This document shows positions 52,967 to 62,120 of a stretch of 64,000 nucleotides of DNA, one piece after another. The DNA comes from a virus (lineage: Duplodnaviria > Caudoviricetes). Within the stretch, counting starts at the first letter, position 1; each line of letters begins with the position of its first letter. The stretch is from the IMG/VR virus record IMGVR_UViG_3300023174_003901, positions 64,001-128,000 of that record. One strand, given 5' to 3'. Under the pieces are notes generated by a model that worked only from the letters and a program-made list of their open reading frames with translations, searched no databases and had not been told where the DNA came from. Made by a program: the position numbers and the translations under genes.

Positions 52967-53358
52967 GAGACCTCTGTGCGTCCGTCACCAAGGTCGGTGG
53001 TACGAACATAAATGCCTGATTTCTTGATGGCTTCTTCTTGTTCCCATGTTTCCATTACAACATGGCGGCAAACATTTTGGAACCAGCGGTCCACAATCTC
53101 TGCGTCTGTGTCTTCTTTTTTGATTTGATATCCTGCACGAATAAGATTGAAGATGAACTTGTCATTCCAGTCTAGTTCAAACGCTCCTTGATGCAGATTT
53201 TCAGGATCAATGTCCATGCTTAAAATTGCCACCCAGGGCTCGCCACGTTCAGTGGCCAGTTGCTTTTCAGTCTTGACAGGTTCCTTGGGCTTGGGTTCGG
53301 CCTTGACCTTGGGAGCCGGTTCGGGTTTTTTCTTGAACCAATCACGTATTCCCATCAT
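52963..53358 (-). CDS. Hypothetical protein
   Basis: Coupled ORF. Confidence 0.65.
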   Translation of the reverse strand: MMGIRDWFKKKPEPAPKVKAEPKPKEPVKTEKQLATERGEPWVAILSMDIDPENLHQGAFELDWNDKFIFNLIRAGYQIKKEDTDAEIVDRWFQNVCRHVVMETWEQEEAIKKSGIYVRTTDLGDGRTEVS

Positions 53359-54203
53359 GTGCCCCATTCGTTTTTAAACAGTGGCACTTGTAGTCTATCA
53401 CTATACCGCCAGCCTTTTCGCATGGCCATCTCTGCCACTGCACGATTGTTAAGGGTATACACCCGCTCAACCCCACCAACAGGCATGACATACACAGGAC
53501 CCGTAAAGCCTGCTGTGCGATACTCCAACACTGCTTGTTCAGCATCTGTTAAATCCTGTTCTGTTGCCACCACTAGTTTCAAGTAAGTATAACCAACTTG
53601 TTCGTACTCACATACCACTTCTGGGCATATTGCTTCTTCCCACCGCTCACCTGAACCAGGAAGTTTAGCACTTACGGAGAATGTGATTTCACGTTGTGCT
53701 CTCCATCTCTGCAGATATTCTTTAAACTCTGGAGTGAGTTTTTGGGTGCCGTTGGTTTCAAATGTGATTTCTTTGAGACCATGCATGCTGTCGTGATCCA
53801 GCAAGTCCGGATAAGCACGTTGCCAACCCAGCAATGGTTCACCACCTGTAATAACCAAGTGTTCTTCTTCCCAACGCCGATGTGGAAGTATCTCCATAAT
53901 ACGATCCACAATAGCATTACTTTCTAACATGGGACTTAGGTCCTTGAAGTCTGGATGCCATGACGCATAACTATCACATCCTGTACTAACCAAAGGCAAG
54001 TCTTCGTACTTCTCAAATGCCCGGATCATTGTATGTGTGGCCGCAAGGTCAGTAGCCTCGTGGCTTGCTTCACCACGTGGCATACCAAAGCCGGCACATT
54101 TAAAGTTGCAACCAAACGTTCTCAAGAACACCGACGGCACACCCATATATCTGCCTTCGCCTTGGATTGAATAAAATAATTCTGCTATTTTGAGTTTACT
54201 CAT
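53355..54203 (-). CDS. queE: 7-carboxy-7-deazaguanine synthase (radical SAM)
   Basis: ELFYSIQGEG..G.PSVFLRTFGCNFKC..CDS; ITGGEPL; ETNG; RLQ. Confidence 0.9.
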   Translation of the reverse strand: MSKLKIAELFYSIQGEGRYMGVPSVFLRTFGCNFKCAGFGMPRGEASHEATDLAATHTMIRAFEKYEDLPLVSTGCDSYASWHPDFKDLSPMLESNAIVDRIMEILPHRRWEEEHLVITGGEPLLGWQRAYPDLLDHDSMHGLKEITFETNGTQKLTPEFKEYLQRWRAQREITFSVSAKLPGSGERWEEAICPEVVCEYEQVGYTYLKLVVATEQDLTDAEQAVLEYRTAGFTGPVYVMPVGGVERVYTLNNRAVAEMAMRKGWRYSDRLQVPLFKNEWGT

Positions 54204-54982
54204 ATTTTCTTTGCTTTGATTAATAGATGCCAACCTAGATATTCTTTTACTGCTTCACGCATTTCTTCTGACATGGCCGCAAACCATGGCTCTAGTTCGT
54301 AGATACCTTGTCGGTACTTGGGTACATTATACATGAAACAATGTGCTTGTCTAATCCTTAGGACCTCAAATTTACCTTTTAGTAAATCATAAATTTCTTC
54401 ATTTGAGTAGGCCTGTGCATACGGACAACCTGCTTGTGCCTCAAATTGATCCAGACCTTTTCGAATCATGGCATACTTCCAGGAATTCTTTGCGTATACC
54501 AACATTCTAAACTCACCGTCTGGTTCTAAGGCGGTGTGAATGTTGTCAAGGCAAGTGGTCATGTCCGGATAGTGATGTAGCACACCACATGAATACACCA
54601 GGTCAAACTGGCCCAGGGTGGCCATGCTTTTGGTATCAGCGGCATCCATGTTATGAAACTCACCTTCTAGACCAAACAAGTCAAATCGTTGACGGCTCAT
54701 GGCTACAGACTCTGCTGAAAGATCAATACCCACATACTCAGCACCGTGACGCACAAACTCCACAGCGTCCGAACCAATACCAGATCCTACTTCCAACACA
54801 CGCTTGCCGCGCCATTGATGAAACCCAGCCAAGTCACGCAGGTGTGGTTCTACAAAATATCTACGCTTGCTTATTTCATTCCAGTATTGTTCTGTTCCGG
54901 GCTCACTTAGGCTGTGTTTGACATTACACGGCTGTGTATTCCAATAATTTTTAATACGGTCAATCAGTTGATCATTATTCAC
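54200..54982 (-). CDS. Class I SAM-dependent methyltransferase
   Basis: VLEVGSGIG; FDLVYSCGVLHH. Confidence 0.85.
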   Translation of the reverse strand: MNNDQLIDRIKNYWNTQPCNVKHSLSEPGTEQYWNEISKRRYFVEPHLRDLAGFHQWRGKRVLEVGSGIGSDAVEFVRHGAEYVGIDLSAESVAMSRQRFDLFGLEGEFHNMDAADTKSMATLGQFDLVYSCGVLHHYPDMTTCLDNIHTALEPDGEFRMLVYAKNSWKYAMIRKGLDQFEAQAGCPYAQAYSNEEIYDLLKGKFEVLRIRQAHCFMYNVPKYRQGIYELEPWFAAMSEEMREAVKEYLGWHLLIKAKKI

Positions 54983-54983
54983 G

Positions 54984-55823
54984 TTAGGTTTTCCATTGTT
55001 TTAATCGTTTATGCGGGTCAGCAAGATTCATCTTGCACCAGATGTCATATTCGTTTCCTTGATCATCCTTACCTTCAATCCCCCATTTGAAATGATTCAT
55101 GTCATGTCCTAGCGGTGCAAGATGCTGTGACAACTTCATGCACTCGTCAATTCGGGTTTTGCGCCAGGTGACATGATTGAAGTCTCGTGGATTAGATGGA
55201 TTGCCTTCTAGCATGGGACGATTCTTGAACACCTCATCACCATTCTTGCCTGTAAGATCATAACGTTCGTGATCTACCAGTACCGGAATATTTTTAACAA
55301 TATCCAACATCCAGGCCACTTGACTGACCCAGGCATCATTGATCTGATGTGGAGATAAATGTCCAGTGATCTCTACCCACTTGCGGGGCACAATAGGAAA
55401 AATTGCATAAGGATGTTCGTGATTGGTTTCTGCACGTAATAATGCAAACTCACCGTCGTGATCCATGATTGCTTGATCCCAGTCCTGTGTGGTCATCACA
55501 GCATCATCATTCCAGAAAAACATCCAGGCGCCATGGCTGTGTTTGGCCAACTCATTTAGATACTCATTGAGCCTAATGTAGCCCAGACGTTGGAATTGCA
55601 TGGCACTGTACCGTACATCCATGTCGTCCAGGTAAGGTGCAATATTTTCAACAAAGTAATCAATTGTGTCTGTATCGTCGTCGTCAAATGCAATTAACAC
55701 TTCAATACGCTCAGGATTTTTTGCCCGATCGATCAGTGTGTGCAAACACTTTTCCATGGGCTCGGGTCTGCCACGCACAGGCAATAAGATACTGATATCT
55801 ACGGTAGGGTCACGCTCGGGCAA
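54984..55823 (-). CDS. Glycosyltransferase family 2-like (start uncertain)
   Basis: ISILLPVRGR; FFWNDD. Confidence 0.7.
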   Translation of the reverse strand: MPERDPTVDISILLPVRGRPEPMEKCLHTLIDRAKNPERIEVLIAFDDDDTDTIDYFVENIAPYLDDMDVRYSAMQFQRLGYIRLNEYLNELAKHSHGAWMFFWNDDAVMTTQDWDQAIMDHDGEFALLRAETNHEHPYAIFPIVPRKWVEITGHLSPHQINDAWVSQVAWMLDIVKNIPVLVDHERYDLTGKNGDEVFKNRPMLEGNPSNPRDFNHVTWRKTRIDECMKLSQHLAPLGHDMNHFKWGIEGKDDQGNEYDIWCKMNLADPHKRLKQWKT

Positions 55824-57759
55824 GTTCTGCGTTGTGGACACGATCTCGGGTGATATTTGTTTTTCCAAAGTTTCTCTTTCTAGCAAAATACATGTTTTCA
55901 AGAAAACGATCCATACTCATGTTTTGATCTTCTACAGTATCGAACATGTATGTACAGGTTTGTTTGATTGGCTCATTGTCCAAGATATAACCAAGAAAAT
56001 CATAATCAAATTCTTGTTTAATTGGCAAAGATTTAAGATCACGATAATCAATCACATAGTTTCGTTGAAACCGCATGAGTTGATCTAGTATGTCCTTGTT
56101 GATATTATAATGACTTTTTACAAATCTGTCAACACTGTCGAACACATAAGCCACTCTATCTTGTTTTTGCATGTACAAGGTAGTACGATGCACTAGATTC
56201 CATCCAAACACTTGAATGTTGCCAATAGGAGGATGATCGATGGATCCTTGTTTGGTCCAGTTGGCAAAATAGTTTCGAGTTTCTTCAAACTGCTCGCGGA
56301 ACCAGTCGTCCTTTTGCACCCACTGATACAGATCATCATAGAACTTGCTGTATTCAATACCGTGTGCTTTGTCCAAGTATCTTGCAATGTATGTGGTCAG
56401 TCCGTTGATGTGGAAAGTTTGAATAAAACTGTTCCAGACCAAGGTATCCAACATTTCTTCCTTGGGAATATCTTTGGTGCTCACAACCACATCCACGCAT
56501 TCGTTAAGATCAGCATCGCCATAACTGCCACTCATGTAATCATACACCGGGACTGAATCAATCTTCCACATGCGTTTTTGTAGCAGATTCATTTCGGCAT
56601 TTTCCAATAACTGTGCTTGCAGTATGTTTATGCCAGTGTGATTGCCAGCACGGAAGATTTTCCAGAATGCATCTTTCCATGATTTAACAGTTTCTCCAGG
56701 CAGGCCAAGAATTAACTCTGTGTACACAGGAATATTGTTGCGATCACACAAGGCAAAGATTTCATCAATCTTGTGCTGATCTAGATTTCTACGTTTGATA
56801 TTTTCCAACACATCATGATCCATTGATTGCACACTAACAGTAAGGCCTTGACCAAAGTTTGGACTTTCTTCAATTAACTTCTTCACAATGTCAACAACTT
56901 CGTTCTTTTGGTTCTTGGCCCAGGTCATTGAGAATGAGGCCAATTTGCCCCATCGCTTTTGCACTTCAATTAACTTGTCCACGATCATGTTGTCACGTTC
57001 TACAAACATGCCAAAGTTGGCATCAGTGATTGTGACAAAGCCACAGTTGGCTCCAATCCAGTCCATCTCGTGGAATACTCGAGTGAGTTCAAACTTCTTG
57101 ACCTTGTTGTAGGTCAAACTGCCCCAGTCACAAAATGTACACTGATAAGGACAACCACGATTGGTTTCCAATGTAGCATTCCAAATCACGTCAGGATTGT
57201 CTTCAATGATCTGATCAAAGATGCCTGTGAGATACGGACTGGGTATTTGGTCCAAGTCATCAATTCTAGCACAGTCTCCGGTGTTGGCCAGGCCAGTGGG
57301 GGTGTTTATCAGTAATCCGGGTATGTGGGTGAAGTCAGTATCAAAGTCTTCCATGATACGTTTGAATGTGATCTCGCCTTCCATCTTGCTGACCAAGTCC
57401 ATGAAAGGTTCTTTTTCAAACAGTTCGGGATCTTCAATGGCAGGCTCTGGACCACCAAATATGATTGTTACACTAGGATTGATTTCTTTGATGCGTCGTG
57501 CTAGTTTGTAGTTGTACCTGTGATTCCAAACATATGTGCTAAAGGCCACAATGTTGTTCTTGGCCAATCGAGGTGCAAGTTCTTCAATGTCTTCTCTACG
57601 CCAGATCAACTGGTCTACAGCCCAGGCCTCACGTATGTGTTCAAAACCCATGGCATAACTCAATATTACTCCTGCTGAATAAGGCAAGTAATAGGCATTG
57701 AATTCCTTGGGGCCTTGTTGAAAGTTAGGCTGTACAAAACTTATAGTTTTTTTGGTCAT
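55810..57759 (-). CDS. B12-binding-domain radical SAM protein
   Basis: ETNRGCPYQCTFC; TDANF; GLPGET. Confidence 0.85.
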   Translation of the reverse strand: MTKKTISFVQPNFQQGPKEFNAYYLPYSAGVILSYAMGFEHIREAWAVDQLIWRREDIEELAPRLAKNNIVAFSTYVWNHRYNYKLARRIKEINPSVTIIFGGPEPAIEDPELFEKEPFMDLVSKMEGEITFKRIMEDFDTDFTHIPGLLINTPTGLANTGDCARIDDLDQIPSPYLTGIFDQIIEDNPDVIWNATLETNRGCPYQCTFCDWGSLTYNKVKKFELTRVFHEMDWIGANCGFVTITDANFGMFVERDNMIVDKLIEVQKRWGKLASFSMTWAKNQKNEVVDIVKKLIEESPNFGQGLTVSVQSMDHDVLENIKRRNLDQHKIDEIFALCDRNNIPVYTELILGLPGETVKSWKDAFWKIFRAGNHTGINILQAQLLENAEMNLLQKRMWKIDSVPVYDYMSGSYGDADLNECVDVVVSTKDIPKEEMLDTLVWNSFIQTFHINGLTTYIARYLDKAHGIEYSKFYDDLYQWVQKDDWFREQFEETRNYFANWTKQGSIDHPPIGNIQVFGWNLVHRTTLYMQKQDRVAYVFDSVDRFVKSHYNINKDILDQLMRFQRNYVIDYRDLKSLPIKQEFDYDFLGYILDNEPIKQTCTYMFDTVEDQNMSMDRFLENMYFARKRNFGKTNITRDRVHNAELARA

Positions 57760-58583
57760 ACTTTATTTAACCGTTCTACGGTCATGGTGGTTACTTGTTT
57801 ATTGGGGTCGTTGGCCCGCATTTTAACCCAAGGATCGCGTGTGCCTTTGCAACAATCTGCAAAGAAACTCATGTCTTGATTTTTTACATCCTGGAGCCAT
57901 TGTGCTAGGGCGGCTGCATCTTGCATTCTAAGTGCCACAACTTCTGGATAATTAAAATCTAACGGATTTGCCTTGTCACCTTCTAATACGGTTCTGCGTT
58001 GATATGTATCGTCATTGTTGGTACCGGTAAGATCAGCACGTTCGTGATCACAATAGATGGGAAGTCTTTCAAAAATGTCTAATGCGTAAGCAATGCAACT
58101 GACCCAGGCATCGTTAAGACTGTGTTGACTGATGTGCCCCAGCGTTTCGTACCATGCACGTGGAATGATAGGAAAGATTGAATAAGGGTGTTCGTTGTGT
58201 GTTATCACACTTAACAGTTTGAATTCGCCAGTTTTGGCACGTATGTATGTGTCCCAACCCTGTGTTTTCATTATAGCATCATCGTTCCAGAAAAACAGCC
58301 ATGGGCTTTTGCTACTTTCGGCCAGGCCGTTTAGATAACGATGCAGATTGTGATAGCCCATGGGTTCAAATATCACAATTTTGTGTGCTATATTGTGTTG
58401 CTCAATCCAGGGTATCACATGATGCAACATGTTTTCAAGTCCTACAGCATCGTTGTTGTCCATTCCGAATAAAATTTCGATAGTGGAAAAGTCGGTAGCC
58501 AAATCATGCAGGCTGAACAGACTACGCATGAGCATGTCTGACCTACCACGTGTGGGCAATAGGATTGAAATATCTATGCTCAT
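57756..58583 (-). CDS. Glycosyltransferase family 2-like, paralog of 54984..55823
   Basis: ISILLPTRGR; FFWNDD; HNEHPY; LNDAW. Confidence 0.7.
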   Translation of the reverse strand: MSIDISILLPTRGRSDMLMRSLFSLHDLATDFSTIEILFGMDNNDAVGLENMLHHVIPWIEQHNIAHKIVIFEPMGYHNLHRYLNGLAESSKSPWLFFWNDDAIMKTQGWDTYIRAKTGEFKLLSVITHNEHPYSIFPIIPRAWYETLGHISQHSLNDAWVSCIAYALDIFERLPIYCDHERADLTGTNNDDTYQRRTVLEGDKANPLDFNYPEVVALRMQDAAALAQWLQDVKNQDMSFFADCCKGTRDPWVKMRANDPNKQVTTMTVERLNKV

Positions 58584-59095
58584 GCAAACAAATCTTCATT
58601 CCACTCGCGATGACCTTCTCGGAAAGCCATGTTGCTCTGTGTTTCACGCACTTCCACACGGTAGCACCAGAGCCGCTTGGCTTCACCTTCTCCCCAATAG
58701 TCAGGAATGTAAACCCCGTTCACAAACTTGTACAATTGATCAGCAAGCCCTTCGCATCCAAGTCGGGGTAATATAGTTAGTTTGGCAATGTTGCGACGTT
58801 GCATTTCTTTGTAGAATTCTAGTTCAGGATCATCTTCGGCAACTAACAATGTGTGATCAAATTGATCTTCAAGAACGTGTTTGAGTTCTTTGAGACCACC
58901 GTAATCAGCGGCCCAGTTACGCACATCCAGATGGTCGGTGCCAAAGTAGAACTTCATTGAGAAACTGTAACCGTGGATCAGATTGCAGTGGCTGTCGGCT
59001 CGCCACTGTCTATAGGCGCATGGAAATGCGTCGTGGTATTCTTTGGTACTGGTGTATTTGTACTGGCGAGGAATTGGTATTTGTATATGATTCAT
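58580..59095 (-). CDS. queD: 6-carboxytetrahydropterin synthase (PTPS/QueD family)
   Basis: CNLIHGYS; DYGGLK; FDH; VEVRET. Confidence 0.85.
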   Translation of the reverse strand: MNHIQIPIPRQYKYTSTKEYHDAFPCAYRQWRADSHCNLIHGYSFSMKFYFGTDHLDVRNWAADYGGLKELKHVLEDQFDHTLLVAEDDPELEFYKEMQRRNIAKLTILPRLGCEGLADQLYKFVNGVYIPDYWGEGEAKRLWCYRVEVRETQSNMAFREGHREWNEDLFA

Positions 59096-59114
59096 GCTGT
59101 TTCTCCTATGTTAA

Positions 59115-59143
59115 ATTATAGCATAGGCGGCAGAGTTTGTAAA
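59115..59143 (-). promoter_or_regulatory. sigma70-like promoter with extended -10
   Basis: TTTACA-N17-TATAAT with TGn. Confidence 0.7.
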
Positions 59144-59167
59144 GCGGGAGTGACGCCAAGACCGCTT
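59126..59167 (-). ncRNA. Candidate pseudoknotted leader upstream of queD
   Basis: aagcgg/ccgcuu stem; loop uggcg can pair with downstream ugccg/cgcc; TAAATA at 59175-59180. Confidence 0.35.
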
Positions 59168-59177
59168 AAAGAAATAT

Positions 59178-59579
59178 TTATGCTGGCTGTTTGTAGCCAC
59201 CAGTTTTGTAGTTCTGTTGTTCGGGAATTACGCCACGCACACCACCTACAGGGTCTGTACAGTCTCCAGTTCTACGAGGGATCAAATGAATATGTGGGTA
59301 CATTACTGTTTGTCCAGCGGCAGGACCTTGATTGATGCCAATGTTGTAAGCATCACACTCGCCCAGGTTGACCATATCCTCACCGGCCCGTTGAGCACTA
59401 TAAAATGCCTCATTGATCACTTCAGTGGTGTTGTAGTTGGGCACAAATAACAAATGACCGTTGGTGACCGGAAAGCGATCGCGGAACACAGTGACATGAA
59501 AGTCCGACAGTTCTTCTACTCGCAAGTCCCAAGGTGCCGCTCCAGCGGCGTGTGCTGATTCTAGTGTTTCGTATTTCAT
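59178..59579 (-). CDS. HIT family nucleotide hydrolase
   Basis: GHLLFVP; GQTVMYPHIHLIPR. Confidence 0.9.
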   Translation of the reverse strand: MKYETLESAHAAGAAPWDLRVEELSDFHVTVFRDRFPVTNGHLLFVPNYNTTEVINEAFYSAQRAGEDMVNLGECDAYNIGINQGPAAGQTVMYPHIHLIPRRTGDCTDPVGGVRGVIPEQQNYKTGGYKQPA

Positions 59580-59689
59580 AGTTCAATCAAGTGATATTGC
59601 GAATGTGGATAGTGTTGTTGTAACCATTCCAACAGGCCAGGTTCCACAGGCAGTTGAATGCTTCCATCGCGGTTGGAGATGCAACTCAT
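59576..59689 (-). CDS. 37-aa hypothetical protein
   Basis: MSCISNRDGSIQLPVEP..; ATGA overlaps on both sides; not in ORF track. Confidence 0.6.
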   Translation of the reverse strand: MSCISNRDGSIQLPVEPGLLEWLQQHYPHSQYHLIEL

Positions 59690-59880
59690 TTTTTTCTCGT
59701 TTTAAGTTCGTGTATATCTTGTTTCAAACTCTCACTGAGATTTTTGTAATAGTCAAATTCCTTGCCTATTTCTTCTTCAACCTCTCGACGAGTTTTACGA
59801 TAACCTTGCCAATCTCGTTCTTGGGCATAAGTCATGCCACCTAAAAATCCTGCCACTATACACGCAATTTCTAATAGCAT
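59686..59880 (-). CDS. Small membrane-anchored hypothetical protein
   Basis: N-terminal hydrophobic segment. Confidence 0.55.
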   Translation of the reverse strand: MLLEIACIVAGFLGGMTYAQERDWQGYRKTRREVEEEIGKEFDYYKNLSESLKQDIHELKTRKK

Positions 59881-59883
59881 AAG

Positions 59884-60585
59884 TTATCTCGGTGCAAACT
59901 CTTGTTGCAGTTTGATGTTGTCAAAAAATTCTTTCTTCACGCTTGGGTCGGTCTTGAATGCACCATGAAGTACTGTGGTTTGGGTGAGACTACTGTGTGC
60001 CATAATACCGCGATTCTCACAACATCCGTGGGTAGCCTGTATATAAACCGCAACATCGGATGACCCAGTGGCAACCCCAATTTCTCGAGCAATATCCATG
60101 CATAGTTCTTCTTGTAAGGTTCCTCTCCGAGCACACCATTGAGCAATACGTGTGTACTTGGACAGACCAATGAGTTTTGGTCCAGCAATAATTCCAATAT
60201 AAGCCACACCCGACACAGGTTGATGATGATGCGAGCACATGCTTTTGAGTTCAGAACGAACAACCAACATGCCTTCGTACGCACCGTCTGTATCATTTGG
60301 GAAAGCCGTAGCGTTTGGTGACTGTTCATATCTACCTGCCATTATTTCGTTGAAGTACATCTTGGCCAAGCGTTTTGCTGTGCCTTTGGAGTTGGGATCA
60401 TTTTCTCTGTCAATCAATAATGTATCTAGCACACGTTCAAATGCTACAGTTGCTTCGTCAATCAGTTGCGATTTTGTTTCATCATCCACATAGTCACTGA
60501 TGTTGTCTCCAGCCCAAAAACGTTTACCGCTAGACTTCATTTGTTCACGTATTGCTTGTGATAAGTTTTTACTTGTGTCTGTCAT
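59884..60585 (-). CDS. folE: GTP cyclohydrolase I
   Basis: SMCSHH; GLSK..R; LQE; HGCCENRG. Confidence 0.95.
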   Translation of the reverse strand: MTDTSKNLSQAIREQMKSSGKRFWAGDNISDYVDDETKSQLIDEATVAFERVLDTLLIDRENDPNSKGTAKRLAKMYFNEIMAGRYEQSPNATAFPNDTDGAYEGMLVVRSELKSMCSHHHQPVSGVAYIGIIAGPKLIGLSKYTRIAQWCARRGTLQEELCMDIAREIGVATGSSDVAVYIQATHGCCENRGIMAHSSLTQTTVLHGAFKTDPSVKKEFFDNIKLQQEFAPR

Positions 60586-60586
60586 C

Positions 60587-61183
60587 TTAATCCTTGATTG
60601 TGATAGTTCTTAAATCTTGATAGTCAACATGTCTTGGTTCAGGACAAAATTCTTTAAGACCTTCCAACAATGCCAAACCTTGAATGGCTTCTTCTGGTGT
60701 AGGTTTATAATGATATCCAACTCGAAATTCATGTTGTGCAATCCAGGGTGTGATATTTAGGTCACGACCATCATACCGCATACGAATTATTGCATCATAT
60801 GCTGTGCGGTCATCTAGTATTATAGCACCACCACGGCCTATATGTAAAGGCTTATCATGTCCGAAACTTACACATTGCATGGTTCCGGAACGATACATAT
60901 TCCGTTCTAACCGCCTTGCACTATCCCAAATTCGTGTGTTTAGAAAAGGATACTCGCCTACCCAACGTTGCCAAGCATGATCCGAGTATGCATATTTGAT
61001 CCCTAACTTGTGCATGAGCATGGGAATACTTAGGTAAGTGTAAGGAGTGAACTCACATTCCTGAATCTGATCGTGTCGCAGGCACAATTCGATTGCGTGT
61101 GTACAACAATCGGTCATGATGGCATACGGTGCTCCAGTGAACTCTGCCAGTTCGTGTTCAAACTTTAGTATCTTATCGAACAT
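60587..61183 (-). CDS. Short DegT/DnrJ-like aminotransferase
   Basis: CTHAIEL; WDSA; SFGHDKPL; only 198 aa. Confidence 0.7.
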   Translation of the reverse strand: MFDKILKFEHELAEFTGAPYAIMTDCCTHAIELCLRHDQIQECEFTPYTYLSIPMLMHKLGIKYAYSDHAWQRWVGEYPFLNTRIWDSARRLERNMYRSGTMQCVSFGHDKPLHIGRGGAIILDDRTAYDAIIRMRYDGRDLNITPWIAQHEFRVGYHYKPTPEEAIQGLALLEGLKEFCPEPRHVDYQDLRTITIKD

Positions 61184-62120
61184 ACCATGCCCAAGAATGG
61201 CGGATTATGTCATCTAGTATGTGATGTCGCCACTTGCCTACAACGGATGCAAACTTTGCATCGCTGGCTGTTAACACAGCAGGATCTCCTTCACGACGAG
61301 CACCGACTATGACATTTAATGGCTGTTGTGTTTCATCTAGCGCGGCTTCAATAATGCCTCGATTGCTTGTGCCCATGTTAGAACCAAGATTGTAGACACC
61401 AGGTTCGATCTTTCGATCCAGGGCCAGCACATGAGCGCCGGCAATGTCTTCTACGTGTACATAGTCACGCACACATGTTCCATCTTCTGTGGGGAAATCA
61501 TCGCCGTTTAACACAAACTCTTTTTGATCTCTAATGCTTTCTAGCACACGAGCAATGATGTGTGTGGCACCAGGTGCCTGTCCGTGCCTGCCAAGGCTGT
61601 CGGCACCGCAGGCATTGAAGTAACGAAACGCCACATAGTCCAGACCGTAGGCTCGATGATAACTCTCTAAGATTTGTTCTACCATGAGTTTGCTTTGACC
61701 ATAAGGTGAAACAGGCTCACAAGGATCTACTTCCTGACAAGGATTTATAATAGGTTCACCATAGGTGGCAGCACTTGAACTAAAGATAAATCTTGTTCTG
61801 GGTAGACTATTTTTAACAATGTCCAACAGTCGCAAGGTTTTGACCACGTTGTTGTTGTAATAGTCAGCAGGATTCTTCATACTAGGACCCACAAGACTAG
61901 TACCAGCACAATGTATAATAGCATCTGGTTGTTTGCCGATGATCCAACTCAAGGCCACATCTGACGCAAAGTCCTGATACAAAAACTTATCGCATACTCC
62001 CAACAGGTGCTTGGGAGGTTCTTGTCGATCAATGCCATAAACTGTATGTCCTGCATCTTTCAACTGCAACATGATTTGGCCACCAATGTAGCCGCCTGAT
62101 CCAGTGACTATAACGTTCAT
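61173..62120 (-). CDS. galE: UDP-glucose 4-epimerase
   Basis: TGSGGYIG; FSSSAA; YGQSK; RYFNACGA; DGTCVRDYVHV. Confidence 0.9.
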   Translation of the reverse strand: MNVIVTGSGGYIGGQIMLQLKDAGHTVYGIDRQEPPKHLLGVCDKFLYQDFASDVALSWIIGKQPDAIIHCAGTSLVGPSMKNPADYYNNNVVKTLRLLDIVKNSLPRTRFIFSSSAATYGEPIINPCQEVDPCEPVSPYGQSKLMVEQILESYHRAYGLDYVAFRYFNACGADSLGRHGQAPGATHIIARVLESIRDQKEFVLNGDDFPTEDGTCVRDYVHVEDIAGAHVLALDRKIEPGVYNLGSNMGTSNRGIIEAALDETQQPLNVIVGARREGDPAVLTASDAKFASVVGKWRHHILDDIIRHSWAWYVR

